A stretch of 64,000 bases of DNA. Source: Bacilli bacterium (lineage in GTDB: Bacteria > Bacillota_I > Bacilli_A > RFN20 > CAG-826). The position numbers and the translations under genes were made by a program. Below, piece by piece: positions 27,981 to 38,225 of this stretch. The notes under the pieces were generated by a model that was given only the letters and a program-made list of their open reading frames with translations, did no database searches and was not told the origin of the DNA. Positions within the stretch are counted from its first letter, which is position 1, and each line of letters begins with the position of its first letter. The stretch covers positions 8,314-72,313 of the forward strand of contig JAKSHZ010000006.1 of assembly GCA_024399115.1 (NCBI GenBank), given 5' to 3'.

Positions 27981-28060
27981 GTCATATATTGAATTAATTC
28001 AATAAATATAGTATTGTATAAAGCGACTATGAATAGCGCACACGCGCTGGAGGTATATAT

Positions 28061-30706
28061 ATGCGTAGAATTTGGGCTCACATTATTATAGCTATTACTA
28101 CTTTTGTAATGATGGTAGTTACTTTTACTGCTGTCACAAACAGATTAAACGTTGGCATGGATTATGCAAATGGTAAAACACTTACATTCCACGTCACAGA
28201 AAAGACAGATAATGGTGAAAATAATCCAAAAGATTTTGTAGACGGATCACTTCAAGAAGTCGCAGACATCATGGAAGAACGTCTCAATACAGCTGAAATC
28301 GAAGGCTTTGACGTAGCTCCATTCGGAAAAGATTTAATTAAAGTTACTCTTTATCAAGACTCAGTCGACTATTCCCAAATTAAAGAATATTTAACATTCA
28401 ATGGTTCTTTATATCTTTATTCTTATGACTCAGAAAAAGTTGACCACTTCGTTAGTGCTGAAGCTTTCGTAAATGGTGATAAACCAGCTTACTTAACTGA
28501 CACAAACGATGTTTACCCAACAATTAACATTCCTGTTGATATCACAAACGAAGATTATAAAGCGGTCGTTTCTGGTGCTGTCAACTCTGCTGATATCACA
28601 ATCAAAGAAGAATCAGAAGAAGGTGCTGGCGATGCTGAAACAGCAAAATTCATGTACTTAGTTTATAACTTTGTTCCAGGTCGTGATTCATTCGAAGATG
28701 ATAACTTCCAAAACTTAGTTTTATTAAGATTCCAAGTTAAAAACGACGGTACAGATGATACAAAAACATTCGACTATTTCGTCGATGGTGATGTTTACGC
28801 TTTAAGTACTGTTTTAAACATTGGTGACGAAGAAGGTAAAGTTGATACAGCAAACATTGCTGTTGCTTGGAAAAACGGTACATTCTATAGAAACTTATTA
28901 AATGCTGGTGCATATGAATTTGACGTTACATGTATCAACGAAGAATCAGCTCCTGCAAAAATTGAAAGCTTATACAATTTAGGCAAAAACCAAACAGTTT
29001 TCACAAGCTCAACATTCATTGCATTTGCTTGTGCAATCATCTTAACTTCATTAATCTTAATCGTTTTCTATAAATTCGGTGCTTTAAGTATCGCAACAAC
29101 TACAACAGTTTCAGTCTTCTTAGGAATTTTATTCCTCATGATTTTCGGTACTGAATTTAACTTATTCGCTGTTGTTGGTTTAATCCTTGTTGGATTCGCT
29201 TCATTAGCAAGTGGTTGCTTATACTTAAATAAATTTAAAGATGAAGCATATCGTGGACGTTCTGTTAAGAAAGCTAACACAGAAGCAAGCAAGAAAAGCA
29301 CATTAATCGTTACTGATATTCATGTTGCTTTAGTTATCCTTGGTGCTTTCAATTACTTAATTGGCGGTGCTTCTATGAAGAGCTTCGCTTTAGTAACTGT
29401 TTTAGGCGGAATCGCTGGTTTAATCTTAAACTTAATCGTATTCAAAGCATTTATGTGGTTAGACACTAACGCTGCATATACACAAGGCAAATACAATATG
29501 TTCGGCGTTGATCAAAGCAAAGTTCCAAGCTTAATTAACGAAGAAAAACAAACATATTTCGGTGCTTATGCTGATAAAGATTTCACTAAGAAATCAAAAT
29601 TAGCTTCAATCATCTCATTTGCCTCATTTGGTGTTGCTTTAGTTGCAATGTTAACATTCGGTATTGTCAAAGGTTCTGTTTATAACAATCCTTCAAAACA
29701 ATACGATAACGAAATCTTCTTCAAGATTGATAACGAAAATGGAATCGACTTATCAGTCGTTTCAAATAATATTTCTTCTGTCTTAGACGAAGTTAAACTC
29801 GATCAAGCTGGTACAAAATCATTATCAAGTGTCTTTGATGCTCCAGTCTTAGTTGATTTCGACGTCTTAGAATATGATAATTCAGAAGAAAACCCATACG
29901 TTAATCACTGCTATGTTGGTTACTTAGTAAAAGCGAACGCTGCAGTTCCTGAAAAAGTTTATTATAACGGTACAGAATACAATATCGCTGATTTAGGTAC
30001 AGATGATGTTGTTACTAACGATATCGTTAATAAAGTTTCTTCATACTGCTTAAATGTTGAATATGCTTCAGGCTCATCAACATCAAAATCAAATTTAAGT
30101 GTTGGTAGAGTATTCATTGCTACAGGTGCTGCTTTATTAACTACAGCATTATACTTATTAGCAAGATTCAAACTCTCTAGAGGTTTAGCTGCTTGTGCTA
30201 CAACATTAATCGGCGCTACAGTCGTTGCTGGCTTATTATCATTACTCTATTTCATCCCTGCAACAAATACTGCTGTAATTGGCGCTGTCGTTGCTGAATT
30301 CTTATGTTTCGTATTCGCAATCCTCTTTATGGATAAAGAAAGAGAATTAGTCTTAGATGATAAGAAACATGATAATTCTTACGAAAATAGAAACGAAATC
30401 ATGAAGAAAGCTATTTCATATGGCTTTGGTGATATCTTAAATATCGCAATCGTTGGTTTATACCTCGGAATTAACTTCTTTGGATTTGGTCCTAGTGGTA
30501 TGAGCTGGATCTCAGTACAAATCATTATTGCTGTTGCAGCTGCATTTGCATTAGCAATGTTCGTCTTAGGACCAGTCAGCCAATTCTTATTCAAGAAATT
30601 CGCTAATGTCGGTAAGGCTAAGCCAAGAAAAGCTAAAGCAAAATCAAGTGCTAAAGCAAAGAGTGCTGAACCAGAAGAAGCAATCTTCATTGGTATTAAC
30701 GACTAA
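28061..30706 (+). CDS. secDF: Probable fused protein-export membrane protein SecDF (divergent)
   Basis: Topology is TM, about 300-aa external domain, 5 TM, TM, about 150-aa external domain, 5 TM. Sits at the same position as B. subtilis secDF (after ruvAB, before recJ). The sequence is very divergent, so the call rests on architecture and synteny. Confidence 0.6.
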   Translation: MRRIWAHIIIAITTFVMMVVTFTAVTNRLNVGMDYANGKTLTFHVTEKTDNGENNPKDFVDGSLQEVADIMEERLNTAEIEGFDVAPFGKDLIKVTLYQDSVDYSQIKEYLTFNGSLYLYSYDSEKVDHFVSAEAFVNGDKPAYLTDTNDVYPTINIPVDITNEDYKAVVSGAVNSADITIKEESEEGAGDAETAKFMYLVYNFVPGRDSFEDDNFQNLVLLRFQVKNDGTDDTKTFDYFVDGDVYALSTVLNIGDEEGKVDTANIAVAWKNGTFYRNLLNAGAYEFDVTCINEESAPAKIESLYNLGKNQTVFTSSTFIAFACAIILTSLILIVFYKFGALSIATTTTVSVFLGILFLMIFGTEFNLFAVVGLILVGFASLASGCLYLNKFKDEAYRGRSVKKANTEASKKSTLIVTDIHVALVILGAFNYLIGGASMKSFALVTVLGGIAGLILNLIVFKAFMWLDTNAAYTQGKYNMFGVDQSKVPSLINEEKQTYFGAYADKDFTKKSKLASIISFASFGVALVAMLTFGIVKGSVYNNPSKQYDNEIFFKIDNENGIDLSVVSNNISSVLDEVKLDQAGTKSLSSVFDAPVLVDFDVLEYDNSEENPYVNHCYVGYLVKANAAVPEKVYYNGTEYNIADLGTDDVVTNDIVNKVSSYCLNVEYASGSSTSKSNLSVGRVFIATGAALLTTALYLLARFKLSRGLAACATTLIGATVVAGLLSLLYFIPATNTAVIGAVVAEFLCFVFAILFMDKERELVLDDKKHDNSYENRNEIMKKAISYGFGDILNIAIVGLYLGINFFGFGPSGMSWISVQIIIAVAAAFALAMFVLGPVSQFLFKKFANVGKAKPRKAKAKSSAKAKSAEPEEAIFIGIND

Positions 30707-30714
30707 AAAATTAT

Positions 30715-30738
30715 GGCTACTATTAAGTAGCCTTTTTT
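30715..30738 (+). terminator. Rho-independent terminator
   Basis: GGCTAC-tattaa-GTAGCC hairpin followed by T6. Confidence 0.7.
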
Positions 30739-30742
30739 GTAT

Positions 30743-32293
30743 ATGAAAGATTTATTTAATAGATTATTAGAATATTATTCAATTACAGAAGATGAGTTTA
30801 AAGAATTGAATAAGGATGTTAACCCACAATCCTTTATCAATACTTATCGTTTTAATAATGTAAAAGATGCAGTTATTTTAGTAAACGACGCAATTAAATC
30901 TAATAAAAAGATTCATGTCTATGGAGACTATGATGCAGATGGAATTATGGGAACTTCAATTCTTGCAAAAATGTTCCAATATTTATCTTATGATGTCACT
31001 TTTTACATCCCAAATAGATATAAAGATGGATATGGAATTAACTTAAATAAAGCTAAAGAAATTGTAGAAAATGGGGTCGGTTTATTAATATGTGTTGATA
31101 ATGGTGTAAGTGCCGTGGAACCAATCGCATATTGTAGAGAACATGGTGTAGATGTCTTAGTCTTAGATCACCATGAAGTTCCTGAACATATTCCTAATGC
31201 AAACGTGATTTTGCACCCATTTTTATCAAAATTGAGCGAATTTTCGACTAGTGGGGCTTCTGTAGCTTTCCTATTTTCAGTCTATATGTTAAGAAGATTT
31301 GACAAGTATCTTTCTACATTAGCTGCTATATCAATTATAAGTGATATGATGCCTTTAAGAGGTTATAATAGAGACCTTCTTAGAATTGTATTCCCTAGAT
31401 ATGTTGATGGGGAATTTTACCAAATCGATTTACTTAAAGGCAATGAGAAGTTCGATGAAACTTCTATCGGTATGTCAATTGCTCCAAAAATTAACTCAGT
31501 AGGTAGAATTGTTGAAGATAATTCTGTTTCTGATATCGTAAAGTATTTCATTAGTAATGATAATGATGAGATATTATCCTACTTTTCGTGGATTTCTGAA
31601 CTCAACGAACAAAGAAAAGAAGCATCAAAAATCTCTGGCGATAGTGTAATTTCAGTTAGTGAAAATGACTTTGGAATTGTAGCGTTAGTTGAAGAAAAAG
31701 AAGGACTTATCGGATTAATCGCTAATTCTTTATTAAATAAATATAGAAAACCTTCAATCGTTTTTACATATAACGCTGAACAAGATCTTTTAAAAGGAAG
31801 CGCTCGTTCACTAGATGGATTTAATGTCGTAGAAGCATTTAACTCACTTTCAGATTTAATGCTCGCTTTCGGTGGACACTCATTAGCAGGTGGTTGTTCA
31901 ATTAAAAAAGAGAATTTCCCTGAATTTAAAGAAAGATTTAATAACTTTGCTAAAGAACATCCTATTGTAGAGGTGGAAAAGCCAAGCATTCCTATGTCAA
32001 TCACTGAAGTTAGTTTCGAAAACTATGAATTAATTCAAAAATTCGGACCATTCGGCGAATCTTGGAAAAAGCCAATTTTTAATTTATTAAATATCAGAGT
32101 TGGATCGTTAAGATACTCAAAGGACGAAAAACATATCATCACCCAAATTGGAACTAACAGTAAAATTACAGGTTTCAACTTCTCAAAAGATTCATTAATG
32201 GGTAAAGATAGTGTAAATTTACTCGGAAGTTTAAGAATTTCCACATATAAAAACGTCAAATCTTTAGAATTTTTAATTTCAGACATAAAATAA
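30743..32293 (+). CDS. recJ: Single-stranded-DNA-specific exonuclease RecJ (short form)
   Basis: DHH-family motifs HVYGDYDADGIMG, CVDNG, VLDHHEV, then the DHHA1 block GGHSLAGG. The ORF-track start at 30737 is a TTG inside the terminator T-run, so I use the ATG at 30743 (no SD). Confidence 0.85.
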   Translation: MKDLFNRLLEYYSITEDEFKELNKDVNPQSFINTYRFNNVKDAVILVNDAIKSNKKIHVYGDYDADGIMGTSILAKMFQYLSYDVTFYIPNRYKDGYGINLNKAKEIVENGVGLLICVDNGVSAVEPIAYCREHGVDVLVLDHHEVPEHIPNANVILHPFLSKLSEFSTSGASVAFLFSVYMLRRFDKYLSTLAAISIISDMMPLRGYNRDLLRIVFPRYVDGEFYQIDLLKGNEKFDETSIGMSIAPKINSVGRIVEDNSVSDIVKYFISNDNDEILSYFSWISELNEQRKEASKISGDSVISVSENDFGIVALVEEKEGLIGLIANSLLNKYRKPSIVFTYNAEQDLLKGSARSLDGFNVVEAFNSLSDLMLAFGGHSLAGGCSIKKENFPEFKERFNNFAKEHPIVEVEKPSIPMSITEVSFENYELIQKFGPFGESWKKPIFNLLNIRVGSLRYSKDEKHIITQIGTNSKITGFNFSKDSLMGKDSVNLLGSLRISTYKNVKSLEFLISDIK

Positions 32294-32342
32294 GTGCTTT
32301 TCTGTTTACTTTAGTAGTAAAAAGAATTAAGATTTTGGACGT

Positions 32343-34145
32343 ATGCTATTCAGTAAGTACTTAAACAAATATTATCTCAAATATATTATCTTCTACATTC
32401 TCGGTGTTGTAGCCTTGATTGCAGTCGATTACATCCAATTATTCATCCCAGAATTCTTAGGACAATTAGTTGGAATTTTTGACGCTGCCGGAAAAACTGG
32501 TACATTTACTCCAGAAATGACTTCAGATGTCATTCGTATTGCTCTTTACACAATCTTAATTGGTGTTGGTTTAATGGCTGGTAGAATGCTTTGGCGTTTC
32601 ACTTTATTCCACGCAAGTCATAAGATTGAAGCAGATTTACGTCATGATATGTTCGTAAAAGCTGAAAAACTTTCAGTTGAATATTTCCATAACAACAAGG
32701 TTGGAAATATCATGTCTTCTTTTACTAACGATATTGAAACTTTACAAGAATATCTTGGTTTTGGTGTTGTTATGATGGTTGACGGTTTTGCCCTCAGCTT
32801 AATGTGTATCATTAAGATTTTTGCATTATCATGGCAATTCTTAATTTTATTATTAATTCCAATGATTTTAATCGTCATTTGGGGTCTTGTTGCTGAAAAA
32901 ATCATGTCTAAAAAGTGGTTTGAAAGACAAGAAGCATACGATCACTTATATGATTTCACTCAAGAAAGCTTTACAGGTATCAGAGTTATCAAAGCCTTTG
33001 TTAAACAAAGACATCAATTAAGAGCATTCAGTAAAGTCGCTCACAATAACAAAGATGTTAACGTTAAATTTGCAGTTATTTCTGTTGGATTCGACGCATT
33101 TATTGAAATTGTTATCGGTTTATTATTTGCAGTTATCCTTGGATTTGGCGGTTACTTAGCATTAACTGGTAACGTTGTTAAATTCCTCGGATTAAAATTC
33201 TTAATTGCTCCATCTGATTTAGTTGTATTAATCGGTTACTTTGATACATTAATTTGGCCACTTATCGCTATGGGTCAAATCGTCGCTATGTATTCAAGAA
33301 GTAAAGCTTCATTAACTAGAATCGAAATCTACATGAACGCTCCAGAAGATATTCAAAACTGCGAAAATCCTGTCGTTCTTGATCCAAAAACTGTAAAAGG
33401 TAAAGTTGAATTTAAGAATTTCTCATTCAAATACCCAAGCAAAGATAAAGAATACTTAAAAGACATCACATTAACAATTCAACCAGGCGAAAGCATTGGT
33501 ATCGTTGGTAGAATCGGTCGTGGTAAAACAACTTTAGTTAACTCATTACTTAGAATCTATAACATCCAAGAAAATGCCGTTTTCATTGACGACGTTGATG
33601 TTATGAAAGCTGATTTAGCATCTTTAAGAGAAACAGTTGCTTATGTCCCTCAAGACAATTTCTTATTCTCTGATACAGTAAGAGGAAATATCGCTTTTGC
33701 TGATTTATCTTTAGATGACGAAAAAGTTAAAGCTGCTGCTGATTTTGCATGTGTTGGTAACGACATTGAAAACTTTAAAGATGGTTATGAAACTGTAACT
33801 GGTGAACGTGGTGTTACTCTTTCTGGTGGTCAAAAACAAAGAATTAGTATTGCTAGAGCATTCATCAAAAATAGCCCAATTTTAATCTTAGACGATAGTG
33901 TTTCTGCTGTTGATGTTAAGACAGAAGATACTATTTTAAAGAATATTAAGGAGCAAAGAGCTGGCAAAACTACTTTAGTAGTTGCTTCTCGTGTTTCTAC
34001 TGTATGTCACTTAGACAAAATCATCGTTTTAAGCGAAGGTCGCGTCGAAGCTTTTGACACACACGAAAACTTATTAAAAACTTCTCCAACTTACGCAAAG
34101 ATGGTTTATCTCCAAGAGTTAGAGAAAGAAGTGGAAGGGAGGTAA
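32343..34145 (+). CDS. Heterodimeric ABC exporter, subunit with degenerate ATPase site
   Basis: 6 TM plus NBD. Walker A GRIGRGKTT and a canonical signature LSGGQKQRISIAR. Walker B is ILILDDS (Asp in place of the catalytic Glu) and the H-loop is VVASRVST (Ser in place of His). Confidence 0.9.
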   Translation: MLFSKYLNKYYLKYIIFYILGVVALIAVDYIQLFIPEFLGQLVGIFDAAGKTGTFTPEMTSDVIRIALYTILIGVGLMAGRMLWRFTLFHASHKIEADLRHDMFVKAEKLSVEYFHNNKVGNIMSSFTNDIETLQEYLGFGVVMMVDGFALSLMCIIKIFALSWQFLILLLIPMILIVIWGLVAEKIMSKKWFERQEAYDHLYDFTQESFTGIRVIKAFVKQRHQLRAFSKVAHNNKDVNVKFAVISVGFDAFIEIVIGLLFAVILGFGGYLALTGNVVKFLGLKFLIAPSDLVVLIGYFDTLIWPLIAMGQIVAMYSRSKASLTRIEIYMNAPEDIQNCENPVVLDPKTVKGKVEFKNFSFKYPSKDKEYLKDITLTIQPGESIGIVGRIGRGKTTLVNSLLRIYNIQENAVFIDDVDVMKADLASLRETVAYVPQDNFLFSDTVRGNIAFADLSLDDEKVKAAADFACVGNDIENFKDGYETVTGERGVTLSGGQKQRISIARAFIKNSPILILDDSVSAVDVKTEDTILKNIKEQRAGKTTLVVASRVSTVCHLDKIIVLSEGRVEAFDTHENLLKTSPTYAKMVYLQELEKEVEGR

Positions 34146-34150
34146 TTTTT

Positions 34151-35944
34151 ATGGCTGTTCAAGATATTGAAAAATTACAAGGCGATAGAAAGATTCCTAC
34201 AAAGGAAATGCTCCCTAGAATCTTCAAATACTTAAAACCAGAATTAGCTAGCGTTATTTTCGCATTAATTTTATCTTTCTTAAACGTTGCATTATCTGTT
34301 GTTAACCCAATGTTTATGCAAGGCGTTATCGATGAAGTTACTGGCGTTGCTAGAACATTTAGTTTCCTCGGCTCATTAACTTCTACTCAATATGTTATTA
34401 CGTTAGCAGTAACTGGATTTGCGCTTACTGTCCTTGGACAAGGCTGCTTATTCTTAGAAAGCTATGTCCTTAATAAATCAGGCCAAAAAGTCGTTTATTC
34501 ATTAAGAATGGAGGTTTTTGAGCACATTCAAAACATGTCTCAAGATCAACTTAATGAAATGCCTGTTGGTAGCTTAGTTACTAGAGTTGCTAACTATACT
34601 GCTTCACTCAGTGAATTGTTCACAAACATCCTTGTTAATGCATTAAAGAACATCATTACAGTTATTGGTGTCTTTGTAATCATGCTTACAATCGAACCAT
34701 TATTAACATTAATTATGGTTGGTTTCTTAGTAATTATCTTCATTATTTCGTTCGTATTTAGAAACATCGTAAGAAAGATTTTCACAAAAGAAAGACGCTA
34801 TGTTTCAGACATGAATACATTCTTAAATGAAAACCTTTCTGGTATGAAAATCATTCAATTATTCAACCAAGAAAAGAGAAAAGAGGATGAATTCTTTGTT
34901 AAGAATGAAAACATCAGAAAGAATAGAAATAAGATCATGTTAGCATTCGGAATTTACCGTCCATTGCTTTCATTCCTTTACTGTTTAGCTATGGCTGCAG
35001 TCTTCTATTTCGGTATGACTTTCAAGCTTTCTCCAGGTTCTGTTCTTGCGTTCTACTTATATATTAATAAGTTCTTCCAACCAATCCAAAACCTCGCTGA
35101 TCAGCTCAATGGTATCCAAAGAGCTATGACTGGCAGTGAAAGACTCTTTAACCTACTTGATGTCAAACCAGCAGTTAAAGATTTACCAGATTCAGTCGAG
35201 ATTGATTCTATCGAAGGTAAGATTGAATTTAGAAACGTTTGGTTCGCTTACGAAAAAGAAAACTGGATCTTAAAAGACGTTTCATTCACAATCAATCCAC
35301 GTGAAACATGTGCCTTTGTTGGTGCAACTGGTGCAGGAAAAACAACAATTTTGCAATTAATCGTCCGTAATTATGAAGTTCAAAAGGGTGATATCTTTAT
35401 TGATGGCATCAATGTTAAAAACATTAAGATCGACTCTTTACGCAAGACTATTGGACAAATGCTCCAAGATGTCTTCTTATTCACTGGAAACATCAGAACA
35501 AACATTACCCTACATGATGAATCTTATAACGATGATGAAATCATGGAAGTTTGTAAATATGTTAACGCAGACAGCTTCATTGATAAGACTGAAAAAGGCT
35601 TAGACGAAGAGATTATTGAAAGAGGCGAAAACTTCTCTCAAGGACAAAGACAACTTCTCTCTTTTGCAAGAACTGTTTTAGCAAAACCTAAACTCTTAAT
35701 CCTTGATGAAGCTACAGCAAACATTGATACAGAAACTGAAGTTTTAATTCAAGAAAGCTTAGAAAAAATCAAAAATATCGGCACAATGTTAGTTGTTGCA
35801 CATAGACTTTCAACAATTCAAAAAGCTGATCAAATTATCGTTCTCCAAAACGGTGAAGTTATCGAAAAAGGTAACCATCAACAATTACTCAAAAATAAAG
35901 GTTATTACTACAAGTTATATCAAGTCCAATTTGCGGACAAATAA
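34151..35944 (+). CDS. Heterodimeric ABC exporter, subunit with consensus ATPase site
   Basis: 6 TM plus NBD. Walker A GATGAGKTT, Walker B LLILDEAT, H-loop VVAHRLST. The signature is non-canonical, FSQGQRQLLSFAR. GGGAGG SD 5 nt after the partner's stop. Confidence 0.9.
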   Translation: MAVQDIEKLQGDRKIPTKEMLPRIFKYLKPELASVIFALILSFLNVALSVVNPMFMQGVIDEVTGVARTFSFLGSLTSTQYVITLAVTGFALTVLGQGCLFLESYVLNKSGQKVVYSLRMEVFEHIQNMSQDQLNEMPVGSLVTRVANYTASLSELFTNILVNALKNIITVIGVFVIMLTIEPLLTLIMVGFLVIIFIISFVFRNIVRKIFTKERRYVSDMNTFLNENLSGMKIIQLFNQEKRKEDEFFVKNENIRKNRNKIMLAFGIYRPLLSFLYCLAMAAVFYFGMTFKLSPGSVLAFYLYINKFFQPIQNLADQLNGIQRAMTGSERLFNLLDVKPAVKDLPDSVEIDSIEGKIEFRNVWFAYEKENWILKDVSFTINPRETCAFVGATGAGKTTILQLIVRNYEVQKGDIFIDGINVKNIKIDSLRKTIGQMLQDVFLFTGNIRTNITLHDESYNDDEIMEVCKYVNADSFIDKTEKGLDEEIIERGENFSQGQRQLLSFARTVLAKPKLLILDEATANIDTETEVLIQESLEKIKNIGTMLVVAHRLSTIQKADQIIVLQNGEVIEKGNHQQLLKNKGYYYKLYQVQFADK

Positions 35945-36008
35945 TAATCTTTACACTTAATCTTTATTTTATAAAGAAAATGCCTTAAGATATATAAGGT
36001 GTTTTTTT

Positions 36009-38216
36009 ATGGCAGAAAAGGTATACAAAATTAATGGTGGTTATCCACTTCATACATTCGAAGATGTTGAAGACATTTACTTTTCTTATATCCGCAACAA
36101 AAAAGACAGAGATTTAATCAAATCAGCTTATAAATTCATCCTTAAAAAGCATGATGGCCAAACTCGTAGAAGTGGTGAACCTTATTATCATCACTTAATC
36201 GAAGTTGCCTACATTTTAGCTGAATTAAGATCAGGTCCTTCTACAATTTGTGCAGGTTTATTGCACGATGTCGTTGAAGATACAGATGTAACAATTGAAG
36301 AGATTCAAAAAGGTTGGGGCAAAGAAGTTGCTAAAATTGTCGACGCACTTACAAAAATTCAAAGATTAAAATTAAGTAAAATCACAGCTGAAGAATTCGA
36401 AGCAGAAGATCATAGAAAAATCTTCTTAGGAATGGCTAAAGATATTCGTGTTATTATCATCAAACTCGCTGATAGATTACACAATATGAGAACATTAGCA
36501 GTTCTTTCAGATGAACGTAAACTTGCTATTTCAAAGGAAACATTAGAAGTTTTCGTTCCAATCGCTCACCGTTTAGGTCTTGATAAATTAAAGAGTGAAC
36601 TCGAAGATTTATCGCTTAAATATGCTGAACCTGAAAAGTATCAAGAGATTGCATCTTTATTAAAGAAGAAACAAAAAGTCTTATTAAAATCTCTCGAAAG
36701 CTTAAAAAAGAAAATTGCTGATATCTTATTTGAAAGCAATATTCCATTTGAAATCTCAGCTAGAGTTAAATCAATTTATTCAATTTATAGAAAAATGTAC
36801 GTTAGAGGACATCAATTTGATGAAATCTACGATATTCTCGCTCTTAGAATTATCACCAAGACAGAAATTCAATGTTATGAAATTCTTGGTTTAATCCATA
36901 AGACATACACACCAGCTCCAGGCAGATTCAAAGATTACATCGCAATGCCTAAATCAAACATGTATCAATCATTACATACAACAATTGTTGGTGGCGATGG
37001 AAACTTCTATGAAGTCCAAATCAGAACTAGAGAAATGGACGAAATCGCTGAAAGTGGTGTTGCTGCTCACTGGGCATATAAAGAAGGAACAGGTTATAAC
37101 CCTGCCGTCGAACAAAAAGAAATCGAGAACAAATTGCACTGGTTTAGAGACTTTGTCTCAATGTCAGAAGAAAACCAAACAGCTACTGAATATATGGATA
37201 GCTTAAGTAAGGACGTTTTCGATAGATCAATTTACGTCTTCACTCCAAAAGGTAGAGTAGTTGAACTTCCTGTTGGTAGCTGTCCAATCGATTTTGCATA
37301 TAGAATTCATACAAAAATCGGTGATTCTACAGTTGGTGCTTTAGTAAATAAGACTATGGTTCCTCTATATACAGTTCTCAAAACTGGCGATATGGTCGAA
37401 ATTAAGACAAGTAAAACACAAGAAGGACCATCTGAAGGCTGGCTTAAATTCGTTCAATCAAATACTGCTAAAAACCAAATCAAAAAGTACTTAGCAAAGA
37501 AGAATGAAGCATTACTTAGAGAAGAAAAAGTCTCAAAAGGTAAGCAAGCCCTTATCGATGCATTTAGAGATAGAGGCATCGATGAAAAAGGAATGTTGGA
37601 ACATGTCAACAATCCTGAATTATTTAAAGAATATGGCGTTGAAACAGTTGACGATCTCTTCTATCAAGTATTCCAAAGAAATCCTACAGCAAGTGCAGTT
37701 GTTGACTTCTTAGGAATTAAAAAAGAAATCGTTATTCCAACTATTTCAGATAAAAAACCAAGTAGATACGATAACTCTCCTGTTTATTGTAACGGTGCAG
37801 ATAATATTGCAATTACATTGGCAAATTGCTGTACACCAATCCCTGGCGATCCAATAATTGGCTATGTTACAAAGGGAAAAGGTATTAGTGTCCATAGAGC
37901 CGATTGTCCAAATATGGCAAATGAAGGCGAAAGATTAATCGATGTTTTCTGGAAAGAAGGACTCGAATCTCAAACTTATCCAGTTGATATCGTCATTGAA
38001 TCAAGCGATAGAAATAATCTTCTTGTTGATGTTATGCACACACTTACAAATAATCACATCAACATTAAGAGCATCTCTGCTAAGTCAAACGCTCAAACAT
38101 TGACTGCAACTATTTCTTCAACAATCATGATTCAAAATAGCAAAAAATTACAAGATATCTTCGCGGTTCTCCATGGTATTCCTGGAGTCTTCGAAGTTAG
38201 TAGAGTAATCCATTAG
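36009..38216 (+). CDS. relA: Bifunctional (p)ppGpp synthetase/hydrolase Rel
   Basis: HD hydrolase domain (YYHHLIEVA, LHDVVEDT), synthetase domain (RVKSIYSIYRKM, YQSLHTTI), TGS, and C-terminal ACT-like domain. Confidence 0.92.
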   Translation: MAEKVYKINGGYPLHTFEDVEDIYFSYIRNKKDRDLIKSAYKFILKKHDGQTRRSGEPYYHHLIEVAYILAELRSGPSTICAGLLHDVVEDTDVTIEEIQKGWGKEVAKIVDALTKIQRLKLSKITAEEFEAEDHRKIFLGMAKDIRVIIIKLADRLHNMRTLAVLSDERKLAISKETLEVFVPIAHRLGLDKLKSELEDLSLKYAEPEKYQEIASLLKKKQKVLLKSLESLKKKIADILFESNIPFEISARVKSIYSIYRKMYVRGHQFDEIYDILALRIITKTEIQCYEILGLIHKTYTPAPGRFKDYIAMPKSNMYQSLHTTIVGGDGNFYEVQIRTREMDEIAESGVAAHWAYKEGTGYNPAVEQKEIENKLHWFRDFVSMSEENQTATEYMDSLSKDVFDRSIYVFTPKGRVVELPVGSCPIDFAYRIHTKIGDSTVGALVNKTMVPLYTVLKTGDMVEIKTSKTQEGPSEGWLKFVQSNTAKNQIKKYLAKKNEALLREEKVSKGKQALIDAFRDRGIDEKGMLEHVNNPELFKEYGVETVDDLFYQVFQRNPTASAVVDFLGIKKEIVIPTISDKKPSRYDNSPVYCNGADNIAITLANCCTPIPGDPIIGYVTKGKGISVHRADCPNMANEGERLIDVFWKEGLESQTYPVDIVIESSDRNNLLVDVMHTLTNNHINIKSISAKSNAQTLTATISSTIMIQNSKKLQDIFAVLHGIPGVFEVSRVIH

Positions 38217-38225
38217 GAGGGACTT

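Noticed and set aside
28029-28060. GC-rich mini-hairpin AGCGC-acac-GCGCT and a 20-codon ORF just upstream of the secDF SD
   Set aside because: The stem is only 5 bp and the ORF is out of frame with nothing conserved. This is insufficient to call an attenuator.
31579-32004. 141-aa ORF on the - strand
   Set aside because: Antisense within recJ (DHHA1 region). It has no start context and no recognisable motifs.
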